This document shows positions 62,762 through 64,000 of a DNA stretch of 64,000 bases, one piece after another. Origin of the DNA: Coleofasciculus sp. B1-GNL1-01. GTDB lineage: Bacteria; Cyanobacteriota; Cyanobacteriia; Cyanobacteriales; Coleofasciculaceae. The DNA lies in assembly GCA_040220235.1 (NCBI GenBank), contig JAVJTO010000070.1; one strand, 5' to 3'. Made by a program: the position numbers and the translations under genes. The notes under the pieces are model-generated. The model searched no databases and was not told the DNA's origin. It saw only the letters and a program-made list of their open reading frames with translations. Positions within the stretch are counted from its first letter, which is position 1. Every line of letters starts with the position of its first letter.

Positions 62762-62980
62762 CCTCAAACCCTTACATAGGGCTTGCTGAATAAGTATTGG
62801 GGAGATGAGATGAGGGGGTGAGAGGGTGAGGGGGTGAGGGGGAGATGAGGAAACAGTAGTGCTTTTCGTCCTCTAACTCTTGATAGATAAGGGTTAGAGG
62901 GTTGTGCAGCCAACCCTACATAGGACGTAGCTTGCTTCTCGAAGAGCGAGTATGACAAATGACGAACGATAAATGACAGC
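62762..62980. repeat. Composite MITE/STRR repeat cluster
   Basis: agggcttgctgaata..tgcagccaaccct, GAGGGGGT repeats, gtagcttgcttc, TGACAAA heptamers; related to 45311-45411 and 31846-31943. Confidence 0.65.
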
Positions 62981-63377
62981 ACGTCTGGAAAATCCGGTGG
63001 GCTTTCCGACGGTGAAATCGCTTTCATCAGAGAAAAATCAGTAGATGTAGCTCGATTTAAGAACTTGCCTTATCATGAGTGAGTTGGTTCGTGTCTAATG
63101 GTCAACCTCTCCTCGAATCAGAATCTTTCCATTGACCATTCCTGGCACTGACAACACCTACCACTGAGGAAACTGGGTGTGTGTGGTAGATGACAGGCGA
63201 TTTGAGCTAAGGACTTTACAATTAGTTACATGAATGTGGATAATAGCAAGCAGCAACATCTATTAACATTTTTTATGTTAAAGGCGAGAAAATTTAATAA
63301 AATTTTAAGCATTCAACCGTTCACTCCCGCAAAACCCTCGCAATAGTTGAGCCACGCATCTGAGTGTGGAGAAAATC

Positions 63378-64000
63378 ATGGCTATTTTACCCAATTCCCT
63401 TGAATCTACCCCCAACTCCACCAAAGACCAACAGACACCGGAATCGCAACAACACAGCGAAGCCCAATTTCAGGCGTTAGTTGCCAATATTCCAGGCGCT
63501 GTCTATCGTTGTACCTGGGACTCGACGGGGACGATGACGTTTCTGAGTTCAGCGATTCAGGATATTTCTGGCTATGAGGCGTCAGAGTTTATTCACGATC
63601 GCATTCGTTCCTTTGACAGTATTATCCACCCTCACGATCGCCGTCGTGTGAAAGAAAGCGTGGGACAAAGTATTGACAACCAGCACTCCTACGTGCTGGA
63701 GTACCGGATTGTCCGCGCCGATGGCAAAATCGCTTGGGTCTATGATAAAGGTCAAGGGACGCGGGATGAGAATGGTGTCGTCCAATGGCTGGATGGCGTG
63801 ATCCTGGATATTAGCGATCGCAAACAAAAAGAAGTGCAACTGCGAGAGACGCAAGCCTTCCTCAACTCCGTGATCGAGAATCTCCCGGTGGGTGTCTTTA
63901 TTAAAGATGCCAAAGCGTTACAGGTAATGTACTGGAACAAAACCAGCGAAGAACTCTTGGGTTACTCGAAAGCCCAAGTTCTGGGTAAGAGTGACTATGA
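63378..64000 (+). CDS. PAS-domain signalling protein (5' part only)
   Basis: ATG at 63378 with GGAG upstream; FQALVANIPGAVYRC..IIHPHDR..EYRIVRADGKIAWVYDKG..DISDRK, then a second PAS. Confidence 0.9.
   Translation, partial: MAILPNSLESTPNSTKDQQTPESQQHSEAQFQALVANIPGAVYRCTWDSTGTMTFLSSAIQDISGYEASEFIHDRIRSFDSIIHPHDRRRVKESVGQSIDNQHSYVLEYRIVRADGKIAWVYDKGQGTRDENGVVQWLDGVILDISDRKQKEVQLRETQAFLNSVIENLPVGVFIKDAKALQVMYWNKTSEELLGYSKAQVLGKSDY

Overview
This is a 64 kb chromosomal window from a filamentous cyanobacterium, judged from frequent HIP1 octamers (GCGATCGC), STRR heptamer arrays and REP/MITE-like elements; a Coleofasciculus/Oscillatoriales-like origin is only an impression. Core genes include prolyl oligopeptidase, a PhzF-family protein, gap1, acnB, a GDT1/Mnx transporter under a yybP-ykoY riboswitch, cnfR/patB and several PAS/MHYT histidine kinases. 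They are interleaved with much conflict and signalling DNA. (1) A translationally coupled pair at 11.3-15.4 kb: a small helical protein and an nSTAND1-WD40 NLR-like receptor that share a 21-residue amyloid-like motif. This is the best candidate for an undescribed system, namely NLR amyloid signalling with a non-Bell effector layout. (2) Two HTH-NACHT proteins, each divergent from small genes. (3) A yehQ/L/M-like SWIM-DUF5691-AAA-DUF5682 module broken up by insertions, with no VWA partner in the window. (4) A defence island downstream of acnB: two paralogous antitoxin-PIN modules plus a deleted third copy, an Hna-like helicase/nuclease, a DUF559 nuclease and an amber-interrupted HNH nuclease. 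Several unannotated small ORFs, pseudogenes, in-frame repeat insertions and a diverged ~350 bp intergenic duplication were also found. No rRNA, tRNA or CRISPR array was seen. Family assignments come from motif recognition by eye, not database searches.
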